Source: Flavobacteriales bacterium (GTDB taxonomy: Bacteria; Bacteroidota; Bacteroidia; NS11-12g; UBA955). From it: a DNA stretch of 64,000 nucleotides. Shown here one piece after another: positions 18,998 to 29,830 of this stretch. The first letter of the stretch is position 1. The number at the start of each line of letters is the position of its first letter. The stretch spans positions 149 to 64,148 of the forward strand of contig CANGWH010000004.1 in the NCBI GenBank assembly GCA_947457565.1, read 5' to 3'. The position numbers were made by a program, and so were the translations under genes. Below the pieces are notes generated by a model. The model was not told where the DNA came from. It worked only from the letters and a program-made list of their open reading frames with translations, and made no database searches.

Positions 18998-21900
18998 ATG
19001 TTAAGAAACATTACAGAAAGATTTTTATTTACAAAAAACACAAAACGAAATTATAGGCTGGTTTTTATCAGTTTGTTTGTATTGGCGAATGCTCTTTCGG
19101 CAAGCGATAAGTGGGAATATCCTACCAAAAAGATTGTTGAAAACAAAGGTCAAATTAAAAATCAAAACGGCGAATCTAATAAGACTGTTCTGTTTCAATA
19201 CTACGACAAATACTGGAATGTAAGTATTTGCGACTCTGGGTTCCGATATCAATATAATAATTATAATTCAAAGACGAAAAAGTTTGATGCGATTAGATTG
19301 CATCAAACTTTTTTGTCTATAAGACCGTTGAGTTCGGTTAAAGTTGAACGCATATATGGGGAAAACAATCAATTAATCTCTTTAAGGTTTTTGAATGTAT
19401 TACCAGATATCAACTTATTGGTAGAGTCAGAGGGTGGTTTTAAATATTCATTTGAATTACAGAATAAAGCTACCATTAATTCAATAGCTTGGAGATATTT
19501 TGGATATGATAAGGATCTTTCCCAATATCCATCGGAGAAAATTAGTTTAGAAGTTGGCAATAAAACATTTACGGATGATTTTCCTAGAGTTTTTTATTTG
19601 GATAGGAAAGGGGAAGAATTTGAAATAGCAAAGCCTTTTTTTACTAGTAAAAATGGTATCATCGGAATTAAATTCAATAATCCAATTTCCCTAGAAGATG
19701 GTAGAAAATTAATTGTAGATCCAAAGCCTACATTAAACTACAGTACGTATTTTGGTGGAACTAGTGCTGAATCAAGAATGGTAAATACTTCCGATGATTC
19801 AAGCAATACATACGTAGCGGGTTTTACATCAAGTGCTTCTAGTATCAGTACAACGGGTGCTTATAAAACTTCGTTTGGAGGTAATATAGATGGGTTTATA
19901 GCGAAATTTTCTTCTACCAATGTTTTAAAATGGGCTACCTATTTTGGGGGCGCTAATGAAGACCAGATAACGGGTATAGCTTATTCATCGAAAGAGAAAT
20001 CTGTTTTTGTTACAGGCTATACGCAATCTAATGCCAATATAGCCACTTCGGGGGTGCATCAAACAAATAATGCTGGGGGTACCGATGCCTTTTTGGCTAA
20101 ATTTAACGCTGGTGGTAATCTTACTTGGTGTACGTATTTTGGTGGTTCCTCCAATGACCGGTTCTTTTCATTGGCAGTAACTGATTCTACAATTGTTGCC
20201 GTAGGTTTAACAGAGTCTAGCTCGGGAATATCAACAACAGGAGCCCACCAAACCTCTTATGCAGGTTCAGGAGATGGAATGATTGCTGAATTTTACCAGA
20301 ATGGAAAATTGAAGCAGGCAACCTATCATGGTGGATCAAATTATGATGAATTAATTGCTGTAGATTTAAATCAATATCCAATTTTTTTGGTAGCTGGCAA
20401 TACGGAGTCGTCAGGTCTTGGCACCGGTTTTACTCATAGTTCAAGTATAAATGGTAAAACAGATGGATTTATTTCGCAATTTGAAAATTTCAAAACGTTG
20501 GATTGGTGCACGTATTACGGTGGAAGCCAAGACGATGAGATATATTGTATGTCGTTGAATCCCAACAACGAAGTTGTAGTAACAGGTAGCACCAATTCAG
20601 CGTCAGGAATTTCAACTTCTTCATCCTATCAAAGCGCGTACGGTGGATCTGGCGATGGTTTCATTGCTTTGTTTGATGCGTATGATGGTACGTTAAATTA
20701 TGCTACTTATTTTGGTGATGCGGGATCCGATTTTATTACATCTCATCACGTTGATTTCCGCGGAAATATTGCAATTTTGGGGGCAACTGAAAGTAATAGT
20801 AATATCGCTACAAGCGGAGCGTTACAAACATCAAGGAATGGTTTAGTGGAGGGATTTATTGCTAAATTTAGTAATAGTTTTACTTTGTGGTGGTCATCGT
20901 ATTTAGGGGAAAGTCTCGACGATAATTTTCAATCCTTAAGTTACAACTGGCTTAATAATTATATTGCTTCCGGTAATTCAGCAAGTAGTTCTTTAGCTAC
21001 AACGGGGGCCTATCAGACATCCAATAATGGAAATAACGATGGTTTATTGATGTTGTTAACAGACTGTCCCACCAATATCACGTATTCTATTACTAAGAAG
21101 GATGTAATATGTTTTGGTGATAAAACAGGGGAGATAAAAATTACGATGAGTGATCTTACGCGTAATTTTAAATATGGAATCAACCCAAGACAATTAGGTG
21201 CTTCAAGCACAATTTCTAATCTTGCGGCGGGTAAATATCGAATTTATGCGGTAGATGAAACAGGTTGTGCTTGGTACGACTCAGTGAAATTAGACCAACC
21301 AACGGAAATAAAAATTGTAGGTACAGTAACGAGCCCAAAGTGTTTTGGATCTTCCGATGGTCAAATCACATTAGCGGTAACGGGAGGGATTAGTCCATAC
21401 AGTTATTTTTGGAATACAATCCCCAGTTCAACCTCAAAGGATATAACAAATCTTGCTTCCGGGAATTACACCGTAACAGTAAAGGATAATTTGGGATGCA
21501 CAAAGTTAGAAACAGTAAAAGTTGTGGATCCTCCGGTAGTTGCTGTTAGCGCAAGTAGTATTAAAAATGTTATTTGTCACGGTGACAATACGGGTGAAGT
21601 TACTATTTCAGCTACGGGCGGTAAATCTCCTTATTTGTATAAAATCGGTACTGGCTCTCTACAAGTTAGTAATGTTTTCAGTGGTTTGGCTGCAGGAAAT
21701 TATACATTTTCTGTACAAGACGCAAATGGTTGTGTACAATCGTCTGTGATATCGGTTACACAACCAACAGCATTAACTATCACTGCAAATACGGTGAATG
21801 ATGTATTATGTAAGGGTGGAACAACAGGTAGTGTTACAGTTTCAGCAAGTGGTGGAACAGGGGCTTATCTTTATCAGTTAAATACAGGTACATTCCAAAG

Positions 21901-24900
21901 TAGTGGATCCTTTACGGGACTTGGAGCCGGAACCTACTCATTCACAGTTAAGGATGGCGCTGGTTGTTTAAAGAGTATTTCGGCGACAATAAATGAGCCG
22001 AGTTTATCTGTTTCAGTAGCAACTTCTATAACGGCAGTAGATTGCAAAGGAAGTAGTACGGGCAGTGTTACATTAACGGCAAGTGGTGGAACGTCACCTT
22101 ATACCTACCAATTGGGTACGGGAAGTTTTCAAGCAAGTAACTCTTTTACTAGTTTATCGGCAGGGATTTATAATTTTACCGTAAAAGATTCAAAAGGTTG
22201 TACGCAAGTAGTTTCGGTTACCGTTACTGAACCATCCGCACTAACATTAACTAGTAGTAGTATATTAAATGTGGATTGCAAAGGGAACAATACGGGTGTT
22301 GTGGTTTTGTCTGCAAGTGGTGGAACATCCCCATATTCTTACCAATTAGGAAGCGGTAGTTTTCAATCGAGCAATACATTTAGCAATTTAACTGCAGGTA
22401 GCTATAACTTTACGGTTAAGGACGCTAATAATTGCACCCAGACGATTACAAGAACCGTCACAGAACCTGCGGTTCTTGCATTAACTACGGCAAGTATTAC
22501 ACACGTAGATTGTAATGGAAGCAGTACCGGAAGCCTAACCTTGTTAGCCGCTGGAGGGAATTCTCCATATGAATATCAACTGGGTAGTGGAACATTCCAA
22601 ACAAGTGCTACATTCAGTGGTTTTGCGGTAGGGAATTATACATTTACAACCAAAGATGCTAAAGGATGTACCAAATCAGCAACGTTCACTATTACAGAAC
22701 CATCAAAACTTACTTTAACCCATACGGGATTGGTAAATGTAGTTTGTAATGGGGCTAAAACAGGGAGTGTTACCTTATCCGCAAGTGGAGGAACATCAAC
22801 GTACAGTTATAGAATAGGAACGGGAACTTATCAGAGCAGCGAAATATTCTCCGGTTTAGCAGCCGGTACATATATTTTCACGGTAAAAGATGCTAAAGGG
22901 TGCACAGAGACATATTCTGTTACAATTACAGAGCCATCAGCAATTGTTATTTCAACTACATCATTAACTCCGGTTGATTGTAAGGGCAATAGCACCGGAA
23001 GTATCACCGTAACGGCTTCTGGAGGTATCTCACCCTATACCTATAAAATTGGGATGGGGGCATATCAATCAAGTGGAACATTCAGTGGGTTACTAGCTCA
23101 AACCTATGCTGTAACAGCGAAAGATGCGAATGGATGTACTTCAACGGTGAATATAACCGTTACTGAACCCTCGGCATTAATTTTGAGTACCTCGTCCATA
23201 ACTTCAGTAGATTGCAAAGGTAATTCCACGGGATCCGTAACCTTTTCGGCATCTGGAGGCACAGGCGCCTATAGTTATAAAATTGGGGCAGGAAGTTATC
23301 AAAGTAGTGGAACATTCAGTGGTTTGGCGGCTGGCAGTTACCGGGGCTTTGTTTTGGATGCTAACAATTGTAGTAGTTTCCTTGATTTTACAATCACTGA
23401 ACCTGCAGCAATAGCTTTAACCACTGCTAGTATTACGCAAGTAGATTGTAAAGGCAATAGTACTGGATCCATTACATTATCAGGGTCTGGGGGGACTGCT
23501 CCTTACGAATTTAAATTAGGCACAGGAACATATCAATCCAGTGCTGTTTTTAGTGGTTTTGCCGCAGGAAACTACAGCTTTACGGCCAAAGATAAAAACG
23601 GATGTACAGTAACGGAAACATTTACGGTTACCGAGCCTACGGCCTTAACATTAACAAATTCAGTTATTACCCATGTTACCTGCAACGGCGGAAGTAACGG
23701 AAGTGTTACATTATTAGCCGGAGGCGGTACTTCGCCGTACTCGTATAGGCTGGGAACCGGCACCTACCGAAGCAGTAATGTATTTAGTGGTTTAACAGCA
23801 GGAAGTAATACATTTACAGTTAGGGATGCCAATGGATGTACGCAAACTTATACCGTAACTATTACTGAGCCATCGGCTATTTCAATAACAAATTCATCAT
23901 TAACCCCGGTTGACTGTAAAGGAAACAGCACGGGTAGTTTTACCGTAACGGCTTCGGGTGGTACATCGCCATTTACTTATAGAATTGGTACTGGCCTATA
24001 CCAGTCTAGTGGAACTTTTAGCAGTTTATCCGCTCAAACGTATACCGTAACGGCTAAGGATGCCAATGGGTGCACTTCAACGATGAATATCTCAGTGATT
24101 GAACCCTCGGCATTAATAATTAGTACTTCTTCTATTACTTCTGTAAATTGTAAAGGCAATTCCACGGGATCGGTAACATTTTCTGCAACGGGTGGAACAG
24201 CTCCTTATAATTTTAAAATAGGATCTGGTGCGCTTCAAAGTAGTTCAACCTTTGGTGGATTAGTCGCAGGAAGTTATCGAGGTTATGTAATAGATGCGAA
24301 TAATTGCAGCAGCTATATTGATTTTACAATTACTGAACCATCGGCATTAAATCTAGTAATAAACAGTACATCCAACGTTGATTGTTTTGGAAATTCCACG
24401 GGAATTGTAACCCTAACTGCATCAGGAGGTACAACTGCATATTCGTATCAGTTAGGTACAGGTAGTTTTCAAGTAAGTTCTGCTTTTACTGGATTATCGG
24501 CGGGGAATTATAGCTTTACGGCTAAGGATGCCAAAGGGTGTTTGGCAACCGTGAGTGCCTCTATTACCCAACCATCGGCATTGACGCTAGGGAGTAGTAA
24601 TACCAACGTAGATTGTAAAGGAGCAAGTACGGGCTCAGTAACACTTACGGCAGGTGGCGGTACAGCCCCTTATACCTATAAAATTGGAACAGGCAGTTAT
24701 CGTACAAGTAATATTTTCTCAAGTTTAGTAGCTGGAAGTTATACATTTACAGTACAAGATGCCAACGGTTGTGTACAAACATTAACAGTAACATTAACGG
24801 AACCTACGGCTCTAACGGTTGCCACCAGTAGTATTACACAGGTAGATTGTAAAGGCGATAATTCAGGAAGTGTAAGTTTAGTGGGAAGTGGTGGAGTACC

Positions 24901-27900
24901 TCCTTATAATTTCAGATTGGGTACAGGAACCTATCAAACCAGTGGTACATTCACCGGTTTGAGTGCAGGTGTAAACGTATTTACAGTTCGAGATGCTAAT
25001 GGCTGTACAACCAATGCATCGGTAACGATAACGGAGCCTACAGCTATTGTAATTGCAGTTTCGTCCGTAGATAGTGTTAATTGCTTTAAGGGTGCCGATG
25101 GCAGTATAACAACCACTGTAACAGGTGGTAGTGGATCGTATAGTTATTTATGGGATGATGCTGCAAAACAAACCACAGCAAAAGCATCGAACCTCGAAAA
25201 AGGAACGTATACTTTGGTTGTTACGGATGCAAAGGGATGTAAAATGTCTAAATCCGCTTCGGTTGAAGAACCCGCTAAGGTTTCTTTATTGGTAACAGCG
25301 GTTGATAGTGTAAATTGCTTTAATGGGTCAGACGGTAGTATTTCTACGTCAGTTTCTGGAGGTAGTAAAGGGTATAAATATTTGTGGAATGATCCAACTA
25401 AACAGACAACGCCCAAAGCATCGGGCTTGAAAAAAGGAACTTTTAAATTAATCGCAAAAGACATTTACGGTTGTAGCGATTCTATTACAGGAACTGTTAA
25501 TGAACCGGATAAAGTGGTATTAACCACCACCGCTATAGATAGCGTGAATTGTTTCAAAGAATCGGATGGAAGTATATCCACTTCGATTTCGGGCGGTAGT
25601 AAAGGATATAAATATTTATGGAATGATGCCTTAAAGCAAACCACTGCGAAAGCATCTAATTTACCTAAAGGAACCTATAAGTTAATTGCAAGAGATATTT
25701 ATGGATGCAGTGATTCCATTACTGGAACCGTTAATGAACCGGAAAAAGTTGTGTTGACGGTTGCTGCTGTGGATAGTGTTAACTGTTTTAAAGGATCGGA
25801 TGGAAGTATCACTACATCCGTTACTGGGGGTAGTAAAGGATATAAATATTTATGGAATGATCCGGCCAAACAGACAACGGCCAATGCAACTAATCTAACT
25901 AAAGGAACGTATAAGGTGGTTGTGAAAGATATTTATGGGTGCAGCGATTCTATAACTGCCACGGTGAGTGAACCAGCTAAAGTTACAATTACCGCTACAA
26001 GCACAGACAGTGTTAATTGTTTTGGAGGGAACGATGGAAATGCAAGCATTTCCGTAATTGGAGGAAGTGGAGGTTTGAAATATGAATGGAATGATCCGTC
26101 TAAACAAACTACGGCATCTGCGGTGAATTTGAAAAAAGGCACTTATAAGGTTATTGTTAAAGATATTTATAATTGTTCGGATTCTGCCACGGTGAAAATC
26201 GAAGAACCCAATAAATTGGTGCTCTCCTTAGTTACTAAGGAAGATATATCCTGTTTTGGTAAAGAAGATGGTAAAATAACCGTTTCTGCAACTGGAGGTA
26301 CTCCTACACTTAAATATAGTTGGTCCCATGCGCCTACGTTAAATGCTACATCCGCCACAATCAAATACAAGGGTAATTTTAAAGTTATCGTAACTGATTA
26401 TCATGGATGTAAGGACTCATTGACACAAACAATCGCTGAGCCGGCAATCTTAACACTGGTTTTAGACTCTTTGAAGAATCCCAATTGTTATTTTTCAGCA
26501 GATGGTTATTTAAGAGTATCGAGTACAGGTGGAAACGGTGGAAACTTATATAAATGGATAACTTCACCCGTTGTATATGGTAATGAATTAATTTATTTAA
26601 AGTCAGGAAAATACAAGGTAGAACTTACCGATGCAAAAGGATGCTTTACATCCCAAACCTATGAATTGATTGCACCGGATTCGTTAAATACAAAACTTGT
26701 AATTGATTCCGTATTGTGTTTTGGAGGAAATACCGGTAGAATATTAGCTATGCCGGCTGGTGGAACCGCAGGATATTCCTATACATGGAGTAAATATCCA
26801 GGTAATAATACGGCGTTGTTGGAAGGCTTGAGTATTGGAAGTTACACGGTGGAAATTACGGATAGAAATGGGTGTAAACAGAAGAGAACGGGTACAGTTA
26901 GAGAGCCAAGTAAATTAGGACTTCTTAAAAAATCTACTCCTGTTTCCTGTTTTAATGGTATTAATGGCCAAATCACAGTTCGAGGTACTGGTGGACAGCG
27001 TCCATATTTATATCGATGGGAATCAAAGCCAGGGCTTACAGATTCTACCTTAACAGGTTTGAAGTCGGATGTTTATAAGGTTTATGTTTTTGATCGTAAT
27101 GGATGTAATTTGTCGGATACGATAACTGTTAATCAGCCAACGGAGTTACTTGTATCAACAACCACTAAACAACCTACCTGTTTTGGTTCCAAAAATGGAG
27201 AAATTTCAGTCTCTGTTGCGGGCGGAACGAAATCTTATACCTACAAGTGGAATATTTCTTCTTTTGGCAATGTAAGTGTAGTGAAAAGTTTATCGCCGGC
27301 TAATTACAGTGTGCTGGTTACAGATAAAAATGGATGTTCAGTAACTAAAGATCTAGTTATTAAGGAAAAAGACAATTTGATACTTGAGGCGAAATTAAAA
27401 CAGCCCAAATGTTTTGGTGAAAAAAATGGTGAAATCGAGTTGCAGATTAAAAACAATCAAGGACCAGCTTCGTGTTTATGGACCAGTTTAGGCGGTTTAA
27501 TAAGCAATAAAGCCACCAATTTAGCTTCAGGTAAATACCCGGTTACAATTACGGATTCGGTGGGTTGTAAAATAACCCAAAGTATCGATTTAAAAGAACC
27601 AACAAAGATTGGTTTTACCTCAAGTAAGCAAAATCTAAGATGTAAAGGTGATAGTAACGCTTGGATACAACTAGCAGGATTTGGAGGAGTTGGGAAATAT
27701 CAATTCTCCACAGGAACAACGGTGAGTGAGAATGGTAAATTCATGGATTTATCTGAAGGAGATTATCCCATGGAGATTAGAGATTCATTAGGTTGTTTGT
27801 ATAGCGAAAAAGTTAATATTTCGTCTCCCACTGCAATAAAGATTACGGCAATTAAAACAATTGATAATAAGTGTTATGGTGATGCGGATGGAATGATTGT

Positions 27901-28816
27901 TATATCTACCTTGGGTGGAGTTTCTCCATATTCTATCAATTGGAGCACGGGTGTTTCCAATGATACCATCTCGAATTTAACCGCCGGAAATTATGCGGCA
28001 TTGGTGGAAGACAGAAATGGATGTGTAGTATCAAGTAATTTTGAAATTACGCAGCCAGATCCTCTGTTTGCATCGGCTACAATTGTTTCTCAACCAATTT
28101 GTAATGAAAATCGTTCTGGAGCTGTAACTCTATTAGTAACAGGCGGTACAAAACCTTATAGTTTCTGGGGCAACGGTAGAGTCAATTCATCGGATGAATT
28201 TACATCCCTTGATTCAGGTAAATTGATATATACTGTTGTTGATAGTAATGGTTGTTTCTTTGAAGATTCTGTTCAATTGAATTATCAAAGAAAACTATCG
28301 GCCTTAATCCCTAAGCCCTTAATATTCCAGAATAATCGATTTAGGATGATTAATCCTATTTTGTCGGGCATTGATTCTACCAAATCAGTATTCAATTGGT
28401 CTGACTCCGATGATTTCCAAGAGCAACAGTATTTCCAACGTCCAATAGTAAGATTTAATTCTAACCGAACCATTTACTTAAAAGTATCGGACGAAAATGG
28501 TTGTATTGCAATTGATAGCACAGAGATATTGGTATTAATGGATTATGGCAAAGCCTTACCAAATACCTTTACCCCCAACGATGACGGTTTAAACGATGTA
28601 TTTGCATTCCCAAAATATTTGAGCATTTTGGAATTTAAAGTGTTTGACCGATTTGGGAAGGTATTATATGAAAAAATGGGGGATGATCCGAAGTGGGATG
28701 GATTCTATCAAAACGAATTATTACCCCAAGGTAATTATGTTTATTTAGTTAAATTTACTCTGCCTGGTTCCACAGAATTGATTACAGTAAAGGGTATAAT
28801 AACATTATTAAAATGA
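18998..28816 (+). CDS. Giant SprB-like adhesin: SBBP-type beta-propeller, 31 SprB-type repeats, T9SS type-B CTD
   Basis: IVENKGQ N-terminal domain and seven (Y/W)xTYxGG-type repeats. Then ~78-aa repeats (C.G.STGS.T...GG..PY.Y...GL.AG.Y...V.DANGC...EP). C-terminal LPNTFTPNDDGLNDVF...WDG...LPQGNYVY...GIITLLK. Confidence 0.92.
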   Translation: MLRNITERFLFTKNTKRNYRLVFISLFVLANALSASDKWEYPTKKIVENKGQIKNQNGESNKTVLFQYYDKYWNVSICDSGFRYQYNNYNSKTKKFDAIRLHQTFLSIRPLSSVKVERIYGENNQLISLRFLNVLPDINLLVESEGGFKYSFELQNKATINSIAWRYFGYDKDLSQYPSEKISLEVGNKTFTDDFPRVFYLDRKGEEFEIAKPFFTSKNGIIGIKFNNPISLEDGRKLIVDPKPTLNYSTYFGGTSAESRMVNTSDDSSNTYVAGFTSSASSISTTGAYKTSFGGNIDGFIAKFSSTNVLKWATYFGGANEDQITGIAYSSKEKSVFVTGYTQSNANIATSGVHQTNNAGGTDAFLAKFNAGGNLTWCTYFGGSSNDRFFSLAVTDSTIVAVGLTESSSGISTTGAHQTSYAGSGDGMIAEFYQNGKLKQATYHGGSNYDELIAVDLNQYPIFLVAGNTESSGLGTGFTHSSSINGKTDGFISQFENFKTLDWCTYYGGSQDDEIYCMSLNPNNEVVVTGSTNSASGISTSSSYQSAYGGSGDGFIALFDAYDGTLNYATYFGDAGSDFITSHHVDFRGNIAILGATESNSNIATSGALQTSRNGLVEGFIAKFSNSFTLWWSSYLGESLDDNFQSLSYNWLNNYIASGNSASSSLATTGAYQTSNNGNNDGLLMLLTDCPTNITYSITKKDVICFGDKTGEIKITMSDLTRNFKYGINPRQLGASSTISNLAAGKYRIYAVDETGCAWYDSVKLDQPTEIKIVGTVTSPKCFGSSDGQITLAVTGGISPYSYFWNTIPSSTSKDITNLASGNYTVTVKDNLGCTKLETVKVVDPPVVAVSASSIKNVICHGDNTGEVTISATGGKSPYLYKIGTGSLQVSNVFSGLAAGNYTFSVQDANGCVQSSVISVTQPTALTITANTVNDVLCKGGTTGSVTVSASGGTGAYLYQLNTGTFQSSGSFTGLGAGTYSFTVKDGAGCLKSISATINEPSLSVSVATSITAVDCKGSSTGSVTLTASGGTSPYTYQLGTGSFQASNSFTSLSAGIYNFTVKDSKGCTQVVSVTVTEPSALTLTSSSILNVDCKGNNTGVVVLSASGGTSPYSYQLGSGSFQSSNTFSNLTAGSYNFTVKDANNCTQTITRTVTEPAVLALTTASITHVDCNGSSTGSLTLLAAGGNSPYEYQLGSGTFQTSATFSGFAVGNYTFTTKDAKGCTKSATFTITEPSKLTLTHTGLVNVVCNGAKTGSVTLSASGGTSTYSYRIGTGTYQSSEIFSGLAAGTYIFTVKDAKGCTETYSVTITEPSAIVISTTSLTPVDCKGNSTGSITVTASGGISPYTYKIGMGAYQSSGTFSGLLAQTYAVTAKDANGCTSTVNITVTEPSALILSTSSITSVDCKGNSTGSVTFSASGGTGAYSYKIGAGSYQSSGTFSGLAAGSYRGFVLDANNCSSFLDFTITEPAAIALTTASITQVDCKGNSTGSITLSGSGGTAPYEFKLGTGTYQSSAVFSGFAAGNYSFTAKDKNGCTVTETFTVTEPTALTLTNSVITHVTCNGGSNGSVTLLAGGGTSPYSYRLGTGTYRSSNVFSGLTAGSNTFTVRDANGCTQTYTVTITEPSAISITNSSLTPVDCKGNSTGSFTVTASGGTSPFTYRIGTGLYQSSGTFSSLSAQTYTVTAKDANGCTSTMNISVIEPSALIISTSSITSVNCKGNSTGSVTFSATGGTAPYNFKIGSGALQSSSTFGGLVAGSYRGYVIDANNCSSYIDFTITEPSALNLVINSTSNVDCFGNSTGIVTLTASGGTTAYSYQLGTGSFQVSSAFTGLSAGNYSFTAKDAKGCLATVSASITQPSALTLGSSNTNVDCKGASTGSVTLTAGGGTAPYTYKIGTGSYRTSNIFSSLVAGSYTFTVQDANGCVQTLTVTLTEPTALTVATSSITQVDCKGDNSGSVSLVGSGGVPPYNFRLGTGTYQTSGTFTGLSAGVNVFTVRDANGCTTNASVTITEPTAIVIAVSSVDSVNCFKGADGSITTTVTGGSGSYSYLWDDAAKQTTAKASNLEKGTYTLVVTDAKGCKMSKSASVEEPAKVSLLVTAVDSVNCFNGSDGSISTSVSGGSKGYKYLWNDPTKQTTPKASGLKKGTFKLIAKDIYGCSDSITGTVNEPDKVVLTTTAIDSVNCFKESDGSISTSISGGSKGYKYLWNDALKQTTAKASNLPKGTYKLIARDIYGCSDSITGTVNEPEKVVLTVAAVDSVNCFKGSDGSITTSVTGGSKGYKYLWNDPAKQTTANATNLTKGTYKVVVKDIYGCSDSITATVSEPAKVTITATSTDSVNCFGGNDGNASISVIGGSGGLKYEWNDPSKQTTASAVNLKKGTYKVIVKDIYNCSDSATVKIEEPNKLVLSLVTKEDISCFGKEDGKITVSATGGTPTLKYSWSHAPTLNATSATIKYKGNFKVIVTDYHGCKDSLTQTIAEPAILTLVLDSLKNPNCYFSADGYLRVSSTGGNGGNLYKWITSPVVYGNELIYLKSGKYKVELTDAKGCFTSQTYELIAPDSLNTKLVIDSVLCFGGNTGRILAMPAGGTAGYSYTWSKYPGNNTALLEGLSIGSYTVEITDRNGCKQKRTGTVREPSKLGLLKKSTPVSCFNGINGQITVRGTGGQRPYLYRWESKPGLTDSTLTGLKSDVYKVYVFDRNGCNLSDTITVNQPTELLVSTTTKQPTCFGSKNGEISVSVAGGTKSYTYKWNISSFGNVSVVKSLSPANYSVLVTDKNGCSVTKDLVIKEKDNLILEAKLKQPKCFGEKNGEIELQIKNNQGPASCLWTSLGGLISNKATNLASGKYPVTITDSVGCKITQSIDLKEPTKIGFTSSKQNLRCKGDSNAWIQLAGFGGVGKYQFSTGTTVSENGKFMDLSEGDYPMEIRDSLGCLYSEKVNISSPTAIKITAIKTIDNKCYGDADGMIVISTLGGVSPYSINWSTGVSNDTISNLTAGNYAALVEDRNGCVVSSNFEITQPDPLFASATIVSQPICNENRSGAVTLLVTGGTKPYSFWGNGRVNSSDEFTSLDSGKLIYTVVDSNGCFFEDSVQLNYQRKLSALIPKPLIFQNNRFRMINPILSGIDSTKSVFNWSDSDDFQEQQYFQRPIVRFNSNRTIYLKVSDENGCIAIDSTEILVLMDYGKALPNTFTPNDDGLNDVFAFPKYLSILEFKVFDRFGKVLYEKMGDDPKWDGFYQNELLPQGNYVYLVKFTLPGSTELITVKGIITLLK
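19738..21060 (+). repeat. Seven SBBP-like propeller repeats in the adhesin N-terminus
   Basis: YSTYFGG, WATYFGG, WCTYFGG, ATYHGG, WCTYYGG, YATYFGD and WSSYLGE, each followed by a T.GA.QT...G..DG/AF-like segment. Confidence 0.75.
21062..28285 (+). repeat. Array of 31 SprB-type repeats (~234 bp / 78 aa), two conserved Cys per unit
   Basis: Counted by hand in the translation. The 234-bp period was checked at ggtagtaaagg (25361, 25595, 25829). Confidence 0.88.
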
Positions 28817-29826
28817 TGAGATTAAGAATTGTTGGACTTTTAGTGTTGGTTGGTTTAACAACCAAATTATCGGCCCAGGAAGCCCAGTTTAATCAATTTT
28901 TCGCTACAGAAACGTTGTTTAATCCAGCATCCGTTGGAAACGGTGCATTTGCCAATGGTGATATGAGAAGACAAGTAAACAGATTTGGTCTATCCTATCG
29001 AAATCAATGGCCTTCTTTACCTATTGGTTTAAATTCAGCGGCTATTAGCTTCGATAGATCAATAAACAACTCATTTGGTGGTTTTGGAGTATATGTTATT
29101 CACGACGCTTTTTTATACAACTCCTTCAACTCAACACAAGCAACAATTCAATATAGTTATTACCTGCCTTTGGGTCAGGATAATTGGAGAATTAGAATGG
29201 GGATGGAAGCATCTGGCGTTAACAAAAACATAAACATAAATAACCTTAGATTTCCGGATCAAATTGATGATAATACTGGCGAAATTTCGGCAACATCGGA
29301 AATATTGAATGCAAGAAATATTAATTTTTTTGATATGGGAGTAGGTGCGCTGTTGCAAGGTAAGCATTGTGAAATGGGTTATAGCGTCAAAAATATCGTT
29401 TCTCCATTTTACACTTTTATTGGTACCGAAACGGAGGAAATCCGTATGAGTCATAACGCATCGGTGCGGTATAATTTTCGTATTGGTAACAATGATAATC
29501 TTCCAACGTATCTTTCTGTAAAAGCATTAATGAATCAGCAAGGTGCTTTTTCCAGATGGTTGTTTGGAGGCACGTATCAAACACCTCAATTTAGTTTTGG
29601 TGTCTTTGGACAAAGATTGATGAAAAATGAGCTAAAAATGTCTGGCGTTTCCTTTTTTGCTGGGTTTAAAGTAAACGACTTGGTTGTGGGTTTAAGTCAA
29701 GATGTAAGTTTGGGCAAATCCCGCTATGTTAGTTCGCAGTCTTCCGAAATATCGTTAAGGTTATTTATTAATAACCCTAAGTCTGTTGATGTTCAGTTTC
29801 AACCTTTAAATAAATTAGTTTTTTAA
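28813..29826 (+). CDS. PorP/SprF family T9SS membrane protein (no C-terminal extension)
   Basis: QEAQFNQFFATETLFNPASVG, SYRNQW, QYSYYLPL, LRFPDQID, FFDMGVG, SSEISLR; overlaps the adhesin stop codon. Confidence 0.9.
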   Translation: MMRLRIVGLLVLVGLTTKLSAQEAQFNQFFATETLFNPASVGNGAFANGDMRRQVNRFGLSYRNQWPSLPIGLNSAAISFDRSINNSFGGFGVYVIHDAFLYNSFNSTQATIQYSYYLPLGQDNWRIRMGMEASGVNKNININNLRFPDQIDDNTGEISATSEILNARNINFFDMGVGALLQGKHCEMGYSVKNIVSPFYTFIGTETEEIRMSHNASVRYNFRIGNNDNLPTYLSVKALMNQQGAFSRWLFGGTYQTPQFSFGVFGQRLMKNELKMSGVSFFAGFKVNDLVVGLSQDVSLGKSRYVSSQSSEISLRLFINNPKSVDVQFQPLNKLVF

Positions 29827-29830
29827 TCAT

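Noticed and set aside
21013..26567. Many short antisense ORFs within the giant adhesin
   Set aside because: They are shadows of the repetitive, codon-biased sense frame, with no independent motifs.
21062..28285. Regular 234-bp periodicity resembling a CRISPR or other DNA array
   Set aside because: These are in-frame protein repeats with synonymous divergence; there is no repeat-spacer structure and no cas genes.
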